A stretch of DNA of 64,000 bases from Gammaproteobacteria bacterium (lineage in GTDB: Bacteria > Pseudomonadota > Gammaproteobacteria > Steroidobacterales > GCA-2729495), in the NCBI GenBank assembly GCA_029245525.1, contig JAQWPD010000101.1:47197-111196 (forward strand), read 5' to 3'. The position numbers and the translations under genes were made by a program. The notes beneath the pieces were generated by a model. That model was given only the letters and a program-made list of their open reading frames with translations. It was not told where the DNA came from and made no database searches. Position 1 is the first letter of the stretch. The number at the start of each line of letters is the position of its first letter. Below, one piece after another: positions 45,659 to 54,690 of this stretch.

Positions 45659-45747
45659 TGTTTAAGGTTAAATGGCCGCACAATAGATTGTGGTTTTTTA
45701 TTGCCACACGCTCTGACAACCGGGGAACCCATGAGGCATAACATAGA

Positions 45748-46425
45748 GTGATTCGTTTCGACCATATGACCAAGCGCTATGAAGGTGGTCGTGATGCGCT
45801 TCGGAATATCAGTTTCGAAGTTCCCAAAGGGGAGCTCGTTTTCCTTACCGGCCCATCAGGTGCAGGTAAAAGCACTTTGCTAAAACTGCTCGCATGCATT
45901 GAGCGCCCCACGCGAGGCCAGGTCTTCGTAAACGATCGCAACATTGGGCGACTGCCTAATCGCCAGATTCCGCGTTATCGCCAGCAAATAGGTCTGGTAT
46001 TTCAGGACAACAAGCTTCTGCAGGATCGCAGCGCCTTCGATAATGTCGCACTGCCATTAATAATCACCGGGATGCACCAACGCGAAGTTGGCAGGCGTGT
46101 GCGCGCCGCACTGGATCAAGTGGGCCTGCTGAAAAAAGAAAAAAGTGCGCCAAGAACATTGTCTCTGGGAGAGCAGCAGCGCGTTGGCATTGCCCGTGCC
46201 GTGGTTTCCCGCCCCGGCTTATTGGTGGCTGACGAGCCAACTGGCAATCTTGACCCTGAACTGTCACTCGACATTATGCGTCTGTTCAAGCGCTTTAATG
46301 ACATCGGGGTAACTATGGTTATTGCCACACATGATCTGAACCTGCTGAATCAGCTTGGCGGTAAACGACTGGTGCTCAAAGATGGCGAAATTGATGAGCA
46401 CACTCTGCCGGAGTTCAAACGTTGA
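45748..46425 (+). CDS. ftsE: Cell division ATP-binding protein FtsE
   Basis: Walker A GPSGAGKST, signature LSLGEQQRV, Walker B LLVADEPT. GTG start. Confidence 0.93.
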   Translation: MIRFDHMTKRYEGGRDALRNISFEVPKGELVFLTGPSGAGKSTLLKLLACIERPTRGQVFVNDRNIGRLPNRQIPRYRQQIGLVFQDNKLLQDRSAFDNVALPLIITGMHQREVGRRVRAALDQVGLLKKEKSAPRTLSLGEQQRVGIARAVVSRPGLLVADEPTGNLDPELSLDIMRLFKRFNDIGVTMVIATHDLNLLNQLGGKRLVLKDGEIDEHTLPEFKR

Positions 46426-47345
46426 TCTACAAACTTCGTCATTACTTTGGCTTGCATCGCCAAAATGCTATCGATGCCTTCGATGACCTAATACAAAAAC
46501 CACTGGCGAGTATGCTCACTATTGCCGTCATCGGTATCGCTTTAGCGTTGCCCGCCGCCCTTAATCTGTTGGTGCAAAATGGTCGGTCGGTTGCCGATAG
46601 CTTTGACGGCATAAGGGATTTTTCGGTATACCTTAAACCCAGCACAAGCCTTGCCGATGCGGGCAAGCTGGCGGAAAGCCTCAGGCTCAGATCAAGCATT
46701 AAAACAGTGCGAATAATTAGTGCTGACGATGCGCTCAAAGACTTTCAAGAAACCTCAGGGTATAGCGAGGCACTGAGTACGCTCGGTACAAACCCGTTAC
46801 CTCATACGCTCGTCGTGCGGCCTACTGAGGCTGCTGATGCTGCCAGATTGACGACGCTGGCTGCGGAGCTAAGCAGCAAAAATAATGTCGATCAGGTTCG
46901 TATCGACACCGACTGGGTTAAACGACTTAGTGCTATTTTAGATCTCCTCAGACGCAGCGTAGCCATCGCTGGCGTCTTGCTCATTGCCGCTGTAATTATA
47001 ATCGTCGGTAATACTATCCGACTGGATATTCAGAGTCGGCGTGACGAAATTGAAGTGCTCAAGTTATTGGGGGCAAGTGATGGTTTTGTGCGTCGCCCGT
47101 TTCTTTATGTCGGCGTTTGGTACGGTCTGGTTGGGGGTCTGTTCGGGATTGTTCTGCTGGTGATTAGCGCGTTAATTCTAGCGGAGCCAATTGAGCGACT
47201 CACCGGTTTGTACCAAGCGAACTTTGCCCTTCAAGGCCTCAATTTTACCAGTATTGGTGCAATCCTTTTGGGCGGATTCCTGTCCGGCTGGATTGGCGCC
47301 TGGACCGCTGTGTCCCGGCATATCGCTTCCATACAGCCCGAGTAA
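46422..47345 (+). CDS. ftsX: Cell division permease FtsX
   Basis: Overlaps the ftsE stop by 4 nt. Four TM segments and the conserved EIEVLKLLGASDGFVRRPF. Confidence 0.92.
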   Translation: MIYKLRHYFGLHRQNAIDAFDDLIQKPLASMLTIAVIGIALALPAALNLLVQNGRSVADSFDGIRDFSVYLKPSTSLADAGKLAESLRLRSSIKTVRIISADDALKDFQETSGYSEALSTLGTNPLPHTLVVRPTEAADAARLTTLAAELSSKNNVDQVRIDTDWVKRLSAILDLLRRSVAIAGVLLIAAVIIIVGNTIRLDIQSRRDEIEVLKLLGASDGFVRRPFLYVGVWYGLVGGLFGIVLLVISALILAEPIERLTGLYQANFALQGLNFTSIGAILLGGFLSGWIGAWTAVSRHIASIQPE

Positions 47346-47383
47346 CTCATTGTTAAAAAAGAAGATTAAAGGGGTTTTCTGAG

Positions 47384-47411
47384 GGAACCCTGAGCGCTCT
47401 TAGCACTCTAA
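47384..47411 (+). promoter_or_regulatory. SigmaE-type promoter candidate upstream of rpoH (GGAACC-N17-TCTAA)
   Basis: GGAACC at 47384-47389 and TCTAA at 47407-47411. This is analogous to the sigmaE-dependent rpoH P3 of E. coli. Confidence 0.3.
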
Positions 47412-47476
47412 GGGTGAGAGTGCTAGACTACGCAACCGCTGCAGCAGAGCTGCACGGAAAATGGAGGAACTGATTG

Positions 47477-48337
47477 ATGACAACAGCACTAGCAAACAGT
47501 CCCATGAGCAGCATTCTGGCCGGCCCGGTTGGTAGCCTTGATAGCTATATTCATGCGGCGAATAACGTTCCCGTATTGTCGGCAGAACGTGAACACGAGT
47601 TAGCGACACAGCTGCATGAACATGCAGATATGAGTGCTGCGCGTGAAATGGTTTTATCGCAGCTCCGTTTCGTGGTTCATATTGCTCGCGGCTATAACGG
47701 TTATGGCCTACCGATGGCTGATCTTATTCAGGAAGGCAACGTGGGTTTGATGAAAGCCGTCAAGCGGTTTAACCCCGAAGTCGGCGTAAGACTGGTGACC
47801 TATGCCGTTCATTGGATACGTGCAGAAATCCATGAGTATGTATTGCGAAATTGGCGCATGGTCAAAGTTGCAACTACCAAGGCGCAACGTAAATTGTTCT
47901 TCAACCTGCGTAAGAAGAAAAAACATCTGGGCTGGTTGTCGGCAGATGAAACCGTAGCAATTGCTAATGACCTAGGGGTAAGCGCTAAAGACGTCACGGA
48001 GATGGAGAAACGCCTAGGCGCTTCTGATCTCACCTATGATGCACCCACTGATGGCGATGACGATGTCAGCTATGCACCGGTGCATTATCTGCCAAAAACC
48101 AATGCCGACCCGGCGGAGCTGATAGAACGCGAAGATCATAACGATGATCAAAGCAGCCGCTTAGAACTTGCTCTGGAACAACTCGACACACGCAGTCGTG
48201 AGATCCTGCAAGCACGCTGGCTGAATGATGCAAAGCTCACGCTGCATGAGCTGGCAACGCAGTATTCGGTATCCGCAGAGCGCATTCGGCAAATCGAGGC
48301 TGCTGCTATCAAAAAGTTACAGATCGCAATGGGCTAG
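47477..48337 (+). CDS. rpoH: RNA polymerase sigma-32 factor RpoH
   Basis: LIQEGNVGLMKAVKRF (region 2), the RpoH box KAQRKLFFNLRKKK, and region 4 SAERIRQIE. Confidence 0.96.
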   Translation: MTTALANSPMSSILAGPVGSLDSYIHAANNVPVLSAEREHELATQLHEHADMSAAREMVLSQLRFVVHIARGYNGYGLPMADLIQEGNVGLMKAVKRFNPEVGVRLVTYAVHWIRAEIHEYVLRNWRMVKVATTKAQRKLFFNLRKKKKHLGWLSADETVAIANDLGVSAKDVTEMEKRLGASDLTYDAPTDGDDDVSYAPVHYLPKTNADPAELIEREDHNDDQSSRLELALEQLDTRSREILQARWLNDAKLTLHELATQYSVSAERIRQIEAAAIKKLQIAMG

Positions 48338-48357
48338 CCAACCGAATACCCTTGCTT

Positions 48358-48384
48358 AAAGCCCCGCATTGCGGGGCTTTTTTA
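48358..48384 (+). terminator. Intrinsic terminator of rpoH
   Basis: AAAGCCCCGC-ATT-GCGGGGCTTT followed by a T run. Confidence 0.85.
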
Positions 48385-48425
48385 ATACTCTGGTCGAAGT
48401 CCAATCAACGGAACCCCACCGGTAA

Positions 48426-49751
48426 ATGCAAATAGGCCATAACGCTTACAGTGACCGTGCAATCTGGCGTATTGCTACGCCCATGATGCTGTCCGGAGTC
48501 TCTGTGCCGCTGTTGGGCTTCGTTGATACGGCGGTAATGGGCCACCTAGGTGATGCCTATTGGATGGGAGCCGTTGCTGCTGGCGCAACTATTTTTACCG
48601 TGCTGTTCATGGGAATGAACTTTCTCCGCATGGGCACTACCGGGCTTGCTGCACAAGCGTTAGGTGCGGGTAAGGCCGGTCTCGCACGAACTGTTCTGGC
48701 GCAAAGCTCTATCATTGCGCTCGCCATTTCGGTATTACTCATTCTCTTACAAGTGCCGCTGCTCAATATCTCACTGCAGTTAATTGCAGCACCACCGGAT
48801 GTTGAGATCGCGACCCGTGAGTATTTCAGCATCCGTATTTGGGCCGCACCGGCAACGCTTATAAATTACGCCCTGGTCGGTTGGTTCCTCGGCATGCAGA
48901 ATGCCCGCACACCACTCGCTATTATATTGCTGATAAATTCGCTAAATATCACTCTGGACCTGTTGCTGGTGCCTGTCTCCGGATGGCAGATTGCGGGCGT
49001 TGCTTGGGCCAGCGTTATTGCGGAATACGCGGGCACAGCCCTCGCCATTGTGCTGCTGCAGCGGGAACTCGCAGAACATAAGGGGCGTATTAACCTGCGT
49101 GAATTGTGTCAATTAAGTCGATATCGACGCCTGTTCTCCATTAATGCCAATCTCTTTTTTCGCACGATTACTTTGATGCTTATACTCGCGTTTATTACCG
49201 CGCAAGGCGCTCGCTACGGTGCGCTTATTTTAGCTGCAAATGCAGTGCTCCTAAATCTCCAGTTATTGTTATCTTACGCTCTGGATGGTCTCGCTCATGC
49301 TGCTGAAGCTTTAAGTGGTAAAGCTTTTGGCAGCCACGATCGAACAGCGCTTCGCTGGGTAGTGAAGCGATGCTTGTATTGGTCGGTATTTATTGCTGCG
49401 ATATTTTGTGGAGTCTACGCGTTGCTTGGCGAAGCCATTGTTGGAGTCATCACCAATATTCACGAGGTGCGACTGACGGCAGCAGAGTACCTTCCATGGA
49501 TTATTATTTCGCCGCTGATCTCTGTCTGGTGCTTTCTGTACGATGGCATTTTTGTAGGTCTAACCCGATCCAGAGAAATGCTCATAGTGATGGCAGGCTC
49601 TGCTCTGCTGGTATTTCTACCCGTGTGGTATCTCAGCACAAACCTCGGAAATAATGGACTTTGGCTGGCATTCACTTGCTTCATGGCCGCACGGGGCATG
49701 GGCATGCATCTCTGCGCCAAGCGGATACTCGCAGTGGCTGAGGTCAGGTAA
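48426..49751 (+). CDS. MATE-family efflux transporter (DinF-like)
   Basis: 441 aa with about 12 TM segments. N-terminal IWRIATPMMLSGVSVPLLGFVDTAVMGHLG. Confidence 0.8.
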   Translation: MQIGHNAYSDRAIWRIATPMMLSGVSVPLLGFVDTAVMGHLGDAYWMGAVAAGATIFTVLFMGMNFLRMGTTGLAAQALGAGKAGLARTVLAQSSIIALAISVLLILLQVPLLNISLQLIAAPPDVEIATREYFSIRIWAAPATLINYALVGWFLGMQNARTPLAIILLINSLNITLDLLLVPVSGWQIAGVAWASVIAEYAGTALAIVLLQRELAEHKGRINLRELCQLSRYRRLFSINANLFFRTITLMLILAFITAQGARYGALILAANAVLLNLQLLLSYALDGLAHAAEALSGKAFGSHDRTALRWVVKRCLYWSVFIAAIFCGVYALLGEAIVGVITNIHEVRLTAAEYLPWIIISPLISVWCFLYDGIFVGLTRSREMLIVMAGSALLVFLPVWYLSTNLGNNGLWLAFTCFMAARGMGMHLCAKRILAVAEVR

Positions 49752-50820
49752 GCACAGCGACTGCTTTGATCTGAGCAAAGACACTATCGCCAACCCTCAA
49801 ATTCAGTCGTTTCAATGAACTCATACTGATACAGCTAAGCAATATTGTTTCACCCATGACCAATCGCAAAATTACCTGGCCACATGTACTGTGTGAAATT
49901 GCATCGATACGCGTCGGTAGGATATTAATAATGCTGCTGTCGTCTGCTTTGGTCAATGCAACACTGATATCATGCGCAGCGATCTGTAGCCTTAATTTCT
50001 CGCCAACGACTAAGCGGTCATGCTTAATGAGCAAGTCGCCGCCCGGCGCCGTAACTCGAGCAAGACCAACAACGGCATCTGTTTCTGCAACCCTCACGTC
50101 AATAACAACTAGGGCCTGATCACCACCAACAAGCCCGGTACTGTTTTCGGGGTCAGTTAAAACATCCACGATGGGACCGTTGGCAACTATACGACCAGCA
50201 TCCAATAACAACAAATGATCGGCAATTCGGGTTACTTCAGAAATAGCATGGCTAACGTAAAGCCCTGGAACCTGAAGTTCACGATGCACACGCTCGAGGT
50301 ATGGCAATAGCTCGGCTTTGCGCCTTTCATCAAGTGCCGATAATGGCTCATCAAATAACAACAACTCCGGCGCCGATGCTAACGCTCGAGCAATAGCAAC
50401 CCGCTGCTGCTCGCCACCTGATAATGTCGCCGGCGATCTGTCCAATAAAGACTCAAGCCCAAGCAAACTGATGGCCGCATCGAGTGCAAAGCTCTGCTCT
50501 GTGGCACCTCGGAAACGCAAGCCGAAACAGAGATTTTCATTTACCGTGAGGTGTGGAAACAAATTCGGCTGCTGAAACACAAAGCCCACGCGGCGTTGAT
50601 GCACCGGGCGGGCGTATGACCCCTCCTGCCAACAGGTAGCACCTATATGAATGCTGCCTTGCGCCCGAGGCTCCAAGCCTGCGATAGCCCGGAGCAAGGT
50701 GGTTTTGCCACTGCCTGAATACCCCAGCACCCCAGTAATACCCGACGCTGGAATCTCGAACAGGGCATGCAGCGCAAAGTCCTGACGTGAAAACTGCAGA
50801 TCGACGCGGATGCTGCTCAC
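49744..50820 (-). CDS. modC: Molybdate ABC transporter ATP-binding protein
   Basis: Walker A GYSGSGKTT, LSGGEQQRV, LLFDEPLS and a C-terminal Mop/TOBE domain. Part of the modABC order. Confidence 0.9.
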   Translation of the reverse strand: MSSIRVDLQFSRQDFALHALFEIPASGITGVLGYSGSGKTTLLRAIAGLEPRAQGSIHIGATCWQEGSYARPVHQRRVGFVFQQPNLFPHLTVNENLCFGLRFRGATEQSFALDAAISLLGLESLLDRSPATLSGGEQQRVAIARALASAPELLLFDEPLSALDERRKAELLPYLERVHRELQVPGLYVSHAISEVTRIADHLLLLDAGRIVANGPIVDVLTDPENSTGLVGGDQALVVIDVRVAETDAVVGLARVTAPGGDLLIKHDRLVVGEKLRLQIAAHDISVALTKADDSSIINILPTRIDAISHSTCGQVILRLVMGETILLSCISMSSLKRLNLRVGDSVFAQIKAVAVLT

Positions 50821-51473
50821 GCGCCCACCACCCGCGCACGACGATTCAGCCCGTAAACCAACGCCAGAAGTCCGAAAGAAAGCAGCAATAGCAGCACAGC
50901 CAGCTCATGGGCAGCCACATAATCTAAGCCCTCGACACGCTCGTAAATCGCTATTGATGCAACCCGAGTTTCGCCAGGAATATTGCCACCAATCATTAGA
51001 ACTACGCCAAACTCACCCATCGTATGAGCAAACCCCAGCACCGCCGCGGTCAGAAAGCCAGGACGGGCCATGGGCACCACCACACTAAAGAATGCCTGCA
51101 AAGGCGTTGCACCCAATGTTGCTGCGGCCTCTAATGGTGGAGTGCCAACTGCCACAAACGCATCGCGTAACGGTTGCACCACAAACGGTAAGGAGTAGAT
51201 AACTGAGCCGATCACCAGGCCGGTGAACGTAAAAGCCAATGTGGGCAACCCCATAAGGCCACCAGACCCGAAAGCAAGCAAGAGATAAAAGCCCAGCACT
51301 GTGGGCGGAAGTACCAGAGGGAGAGCAACTGCAGCATCCACAAGGAAGCGATAACGCCACCGACTGCGGGCTAGCCACCATGCCAGTGGAGTGCCCAGCA
51401 CTAACAATACGAGGGTACTGACCAGAGCCAGTTTAAGCGTTAATAATACGGCATTAAAATCTGTAAGCATCAT
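50817..51473 (-). CDS. modB: Molybdate ABC transporter permease
   Basis: EAAATLGATPLQAFFSVVVP EAA loop. 4-nt overlaps with both neighbours. Confidence 0.9.
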   Translation of the reverse strand: MMLTDFNAVLLTLKLALVSTLVLLVLGTPLAWWLARSRWRYRFLVDAAVALPLVLPPTVLGFYLLLAFGSGGLMGLPTLAFTFTGLVIGSVIYSLPFVVQPLRDAFVAVGTPPLEAAATLGATPLQAFFSVVVPMARPGFLTAAVLGFAHTMGEFGVVLMIGGNIPGETRVASIAIYERVEGLDYVAAHELAVLLLLLSFGLLALVYGLNRRARVVGA

Positions 51474-52213
51474 GGTAAATGATACCCGTAGCTCGTAATC
51501 ACTGCCGCACCCGATTCCCCCACAATAAACTGGGCAAAATCTCGGGCAGCTGGCGAGTCCTGAAGAATTGCCGCCTGCTGGACGATGGGCTCATGCATCC
51601 AATCAGGGACCAGCCAAACAAAAGCAAATGACAGCTTTGGCATAGATAAATACGATGCTGCTACAAAGCCGAAACGGGCGTTGCGACTCGCTACAAACTG
51701 AAGAGCCTGACTGGCATTTTCGCCGATAACCAACCGCGGTTGCAATTGCGCCCACAAGCCTGCCTGCTGCAAAGTCTGCTGAGTGGCACGCCCATATGGT
51801 GCAAGCATCGGGTTGGCTATTGCAATGCGACCCGCGCGTTGAGCGAGAACCCCAAGCTTAGCCTCGGTGTCATTCTCTCTCTCCATCGACACCAGCGCTA
51901 AGCGACCAATCGCATAGGTAAATCGTGTCCCAGGAATAACTAATTCCTGCTGCTCAAGCAAATAAACTGTATTACTGTCGGCCGAGAACAACATGTCGAA
52001 TGGGGCGCCATTCTGAAGTTGCGCATAATGCTTGCCACTCGATCCTATGCTGAGCTTAATGGTGTTGTCGCTCTGCTGCTCATAGGCCGAAACAATCTGC
52101 TGCATTGGGAGATAAAAGTTGCTCGCCACGGCAACACGTAACTCTGCAGCATCCGCTTGCCCAACGCAGAGCACCAGAATATAAAATAAAAAATTGTAAG
52201 CAGGAAACGGCAT
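51470..52213 (-). CDS. modA: Molybdate-binding periplasmic protein
   Basis: Start set at MPFPAYNFLFYILVLCVGQADA (signal peptide), followed by LRVAVASNF... and SIGSSGK. The longer ORF start at 52279 abuts the cspA terminator (52278-52309). Confidence 0.85.
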   Translation of the reverse strand: MPFPAYNFLFYILVLCVGQADAAELRVAVASNFYLPMQQIVSAYEQQSDNTIKLSIGSSGKHYAQLQNGAPFDMLFSADSNTVYLLEQQELVIPGTRFTYAIGRLALVSMERENDTEAKLGVLAQRAGRIAIANPMLAPYGRATQQTLQQAGLWAQLQPRLVIGENASQALQFVASRNARFGFVAASYLSMPKLSFAFVWLVPDWMHEPIVQQAAILQDSPAARDFAQFIVGESGAAVITSYGYHLP

Positions 52214-52277
52214 TAACGAATCGTACTCTGGAGAGCAATGAGTTTCACCTCTCGCCCAGTCAACACAAAATTCATGC

Positions 52278-52309
52278 AAAAAAAAGCGGAGCCATTAGGC
52301 TCCGCTTTT
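52278..52309 (-). terminator. Intrinsic terminator of the cold-shock gene
   Basis: GCGGAGCC-ATTA-GGCTCCGC (52286-52305), with a run of T on the minus strand. Confidence 0.85.
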
Positions 52310-52335
52310 CATTAACTAATGCTTAGCAAAAGTTC

Positions 52336-52542
52336 TTATAAAGGCTTGATGTTCTCAGCCTGAGGACCTTTTTGACCCGCAGTTACTGTGAATTCAACCT
52401 TCTGACCTTCAACCAAAGATTTAAAGCCATCGCCACCAATCGCACTGAAGTGAGCAAACACATCAGGACCTGATTCTTGTTCGATGAAGCCGTAGCCTTT
52501 AGCGTCGTTAAACCATTTAACGGTACCGGTAGTAGTAGACAT
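52336..52542 (-). CDS. cspA: CspA-family cold shock protein
   Basis: [15 protein letters not shown] (RNP1) and VFAHFS (RNP2). 68 aa. Confidence 0.95.
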   Translation of the reverse strand: MSTTTGTVKWFNDAKGYGFIEQESGPDVFAHFSAIGGDGFKSLVEGQKVEFTVTAGQKGPQAENIKPL

Positions 52543-52686
52543 ATTTTCTATCCTGTTTAAACGAAGTAATTTGCCCCAAATGAGGCGTCGTGCTGGAAGT
52601 ACAGATTACTTATGGATAACAGAACGAATGGCTAAGCCGGATCGAAATGGTGCATAAAAATCAGTTCGCACTTTCAAGCTGGGCAA

Positions 52687-52714
52687 ATTATATAAAGTAA
52701 CCAGCCACAGTCAA
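52687..52714 (-). promoter_or_regulatory. Near-consensus sigma70 promoter for the csp gene (TTGACT-N16-TATAAT)
   Basis: On the minus strand, TTGACT is at 52714-52709 and TATAAT at 52692-52687. This implies a 5' UTR of roughly 140 nt, as is typical for cspA. Confidence 0.6.
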
Positions 52715-53193
52715 ACTTAATGGCACTCTCTGCAGCCTAGGCAAGGGGGGCCTTACACCAACTATTCAGGTCCGCGACAAGGCTTGTTGTCGAAAATGAT
52801 GGCTGCAATAACCCCTGTCATTACCGTGAATAAGCCTGCCAGCATGCGCATCTGCTGACTTCGAGTGGCTCAGACTGCTTAATCACAAAGGCATATCAGG
52901 CACAACAAAAACGGCTAAAGTCTGAGACTTGGTGCAAAAGCTGTTATTGCAAAACTGCAGCTTAATACCGCGTTCAAGAGCTTGCTTGCGCGGAAAAATG
53001 GCCTAATCTGCTCGATTGCTAACTTAGTACGCAACAACACATTTGTCAGAAAGGCCCTTTCGGAGCGGGATATTTCAGAGCAATCTGAATATTAACTCTC
53101 GGAATATCATACGGGTGGACGACTGAAAGACAATAAAAAAACCCCGAGGACATCAGTCGCACGAGGTCTTAGATCGGACTGTGGATTGCTCAA

Positions 53194-54690
53194 CTAACCC
53201 GTCGCAGTGCCCTGAGTAATGCCCGGTGCTGGCAACGTACTCCGGCCTTCCAAATAGGCATCAATCGATCGCGAGGCTCCGCGACCTTCATTGATACCCC
53301 AAACCACCAGAGACTGACCACGACGACAGTCGCCTGCAACAAATAGCCCGGCAACATTAGTGGTGAAATCACCATGAGCTGCCGCATAGTTACTGCGCGG
53401 ATCGCGCTCTATACCTAGTGCGTCAGCCACTGGGCTCTCAGGGCCTAAAAAGCCCATAGCCAGCAACACGAGATCACATTCATGGCGCTCTTCAGAGCCC
53501 GGAATCTCTCTCATCTGCATGCGGTCATTATCATCTTTCGCCCACTCAACACGGATAGTGTGCAGCGCCGTAACATTGCCCCTGCCATCATCTTCGAATC
53601 GTTTTGACAAAATGGTGTAAGAACGCGGATCAACACCAAACTTAGCAATAGACTCTTCATGACCGTAGTCGATACGCTGAATAAGCGGCCATAACGGCCA
53701 GGGGTTGCTGTCAGCGCGCTCTACCGGCGATTGAGACATTAACTCCAGGTTCATCATGCCGGCACAGCCATGGCGTAACGATGTAGCAATGCAGTCAGTG
53801 CCAGTATCGCCGCCACCAATGACAATAACCTTCTTGCCTGCAGCGCTAATATAGTCACCGTCTTGCAGTTCGCTGTCGAGCAGGCTCTTCGTATTCTTAG
53901 TCAAGAACTCCATGGCGAAATGAACGCCGTTTAACTGGCGGCCCTCAATAGGTAAGTCACGCGGAACAGTTGCGCCGGTCGCCAACAACACCGCATCATT
54001 GTTTTTCTGCAGCTCTGTGGCATCCAGATCAACGCCCACTTCTACACCCGTCACAAACTCAACGCCCGCTGTAGCCAGCAAATCAACGCGACGCTGAACT
54101 ACGCTCTTGTCGAGCTTCATATTGGGAATGCCGTACATCAGTAAGCCACCAATACGATCAGCCCGCTCATAGACTGTTACCTGATGACCTGCCTTGTTCA
54201 GCTGATCAGCGGCTGCCATGCCGGCTGGACCTGAGCCAACAATCGCTACCGTTTTACCTGTGCGTTCGGCCGGTTGAACCGCCGATACCCAGCCTTCTTC
54301 AAAACCACGATCGATAATCGCATTTTCAATATTCTTGATTGTTACAGCGGGGTTATTAATGCCCAGAACACAGGAGCCCTCACAAGGCGCCGGACATACC
54401 CGCCCGGTGAACTCAGGAAAATTATTGGTCTTATGCAGCCGGTCAAGGGCTTCTTCCCAACGACCTTTGTAAACCAGATCGTTCCACTCAGGAATAAGGT
54501 TATCAATAGGGCAGCCGCTATCCGACATGCAGAATGGAACGCCGCAATCCATACAGCGAGCACCCTGACGCTGCAAATGACTCTCTGTGGCGGGTGTATA
54601 AACCTCGCCGTAGTCTTTTAACCGATCGTTCGCATCACGCCAGGGCACCTTCTTGCGTGGATACTCCATAAATCCGGTTGGCTTACCCAT
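53194..54690 (-). CDS. gltD: Glutamate synthase small subunit
   Basis: Start at [10 protein letters not shown]. Fe-S Cys cluster region, and FAD/NADPH motifs [10 protein letters not shown] and [10 protein letters not shown]. Confidence 0.95.
   Translation of the reverse strand: MGKPTGFMEYPRKKVPWRDANDRLKDYGEVYTPATESHLQRQGARCMDCGVPFCMSDSGCPIDNLIPEWNDLVYKGRWEEALDRLHKTNNFPEFTGRVCPAPCEGSCVLGINNPAVTIKNIENAIIDRGFEEGWVSAVQPAERTGKTVAIVGSGPAGMAAADQLNKAGHQVTVYERADRIGGLLMYGIPNMKLDKSVVQRRVDLLATAGVEFVTGVEVGVDLDATELQKNNDAVLLATGATVPRDLPIEGRQLNGVHFAMEFLTKNTKSLLDSELQDGDYISAAGKKVIVIGGGDTGTDCIATSLRHGCAGMMNLELMSQSPVERADSNPWPLWPLIQRIDYGHEESIAKFGVDPRSYTILSKRFEDDGRGNVTALHTIRVEWAKDDNDRMQMREIPGSEERHECDLVLLAMGFLGPESPVADALGIERDPRSNYAAAHGDFTTNVAGLFVAGDCRRGQSLVVWGINEGRGASRSIDAYLEGRSTLPAPGITQGTATG

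Noticed and set aside
53125-53193. Run of A (T on the minus strand) after gltD, considered as an intrinsic terminator
   Set aside because: The flanking CCCCGAGG and CGAGG elements are direct repeats, not inverted ones, so no stable stem precedes the U tract.
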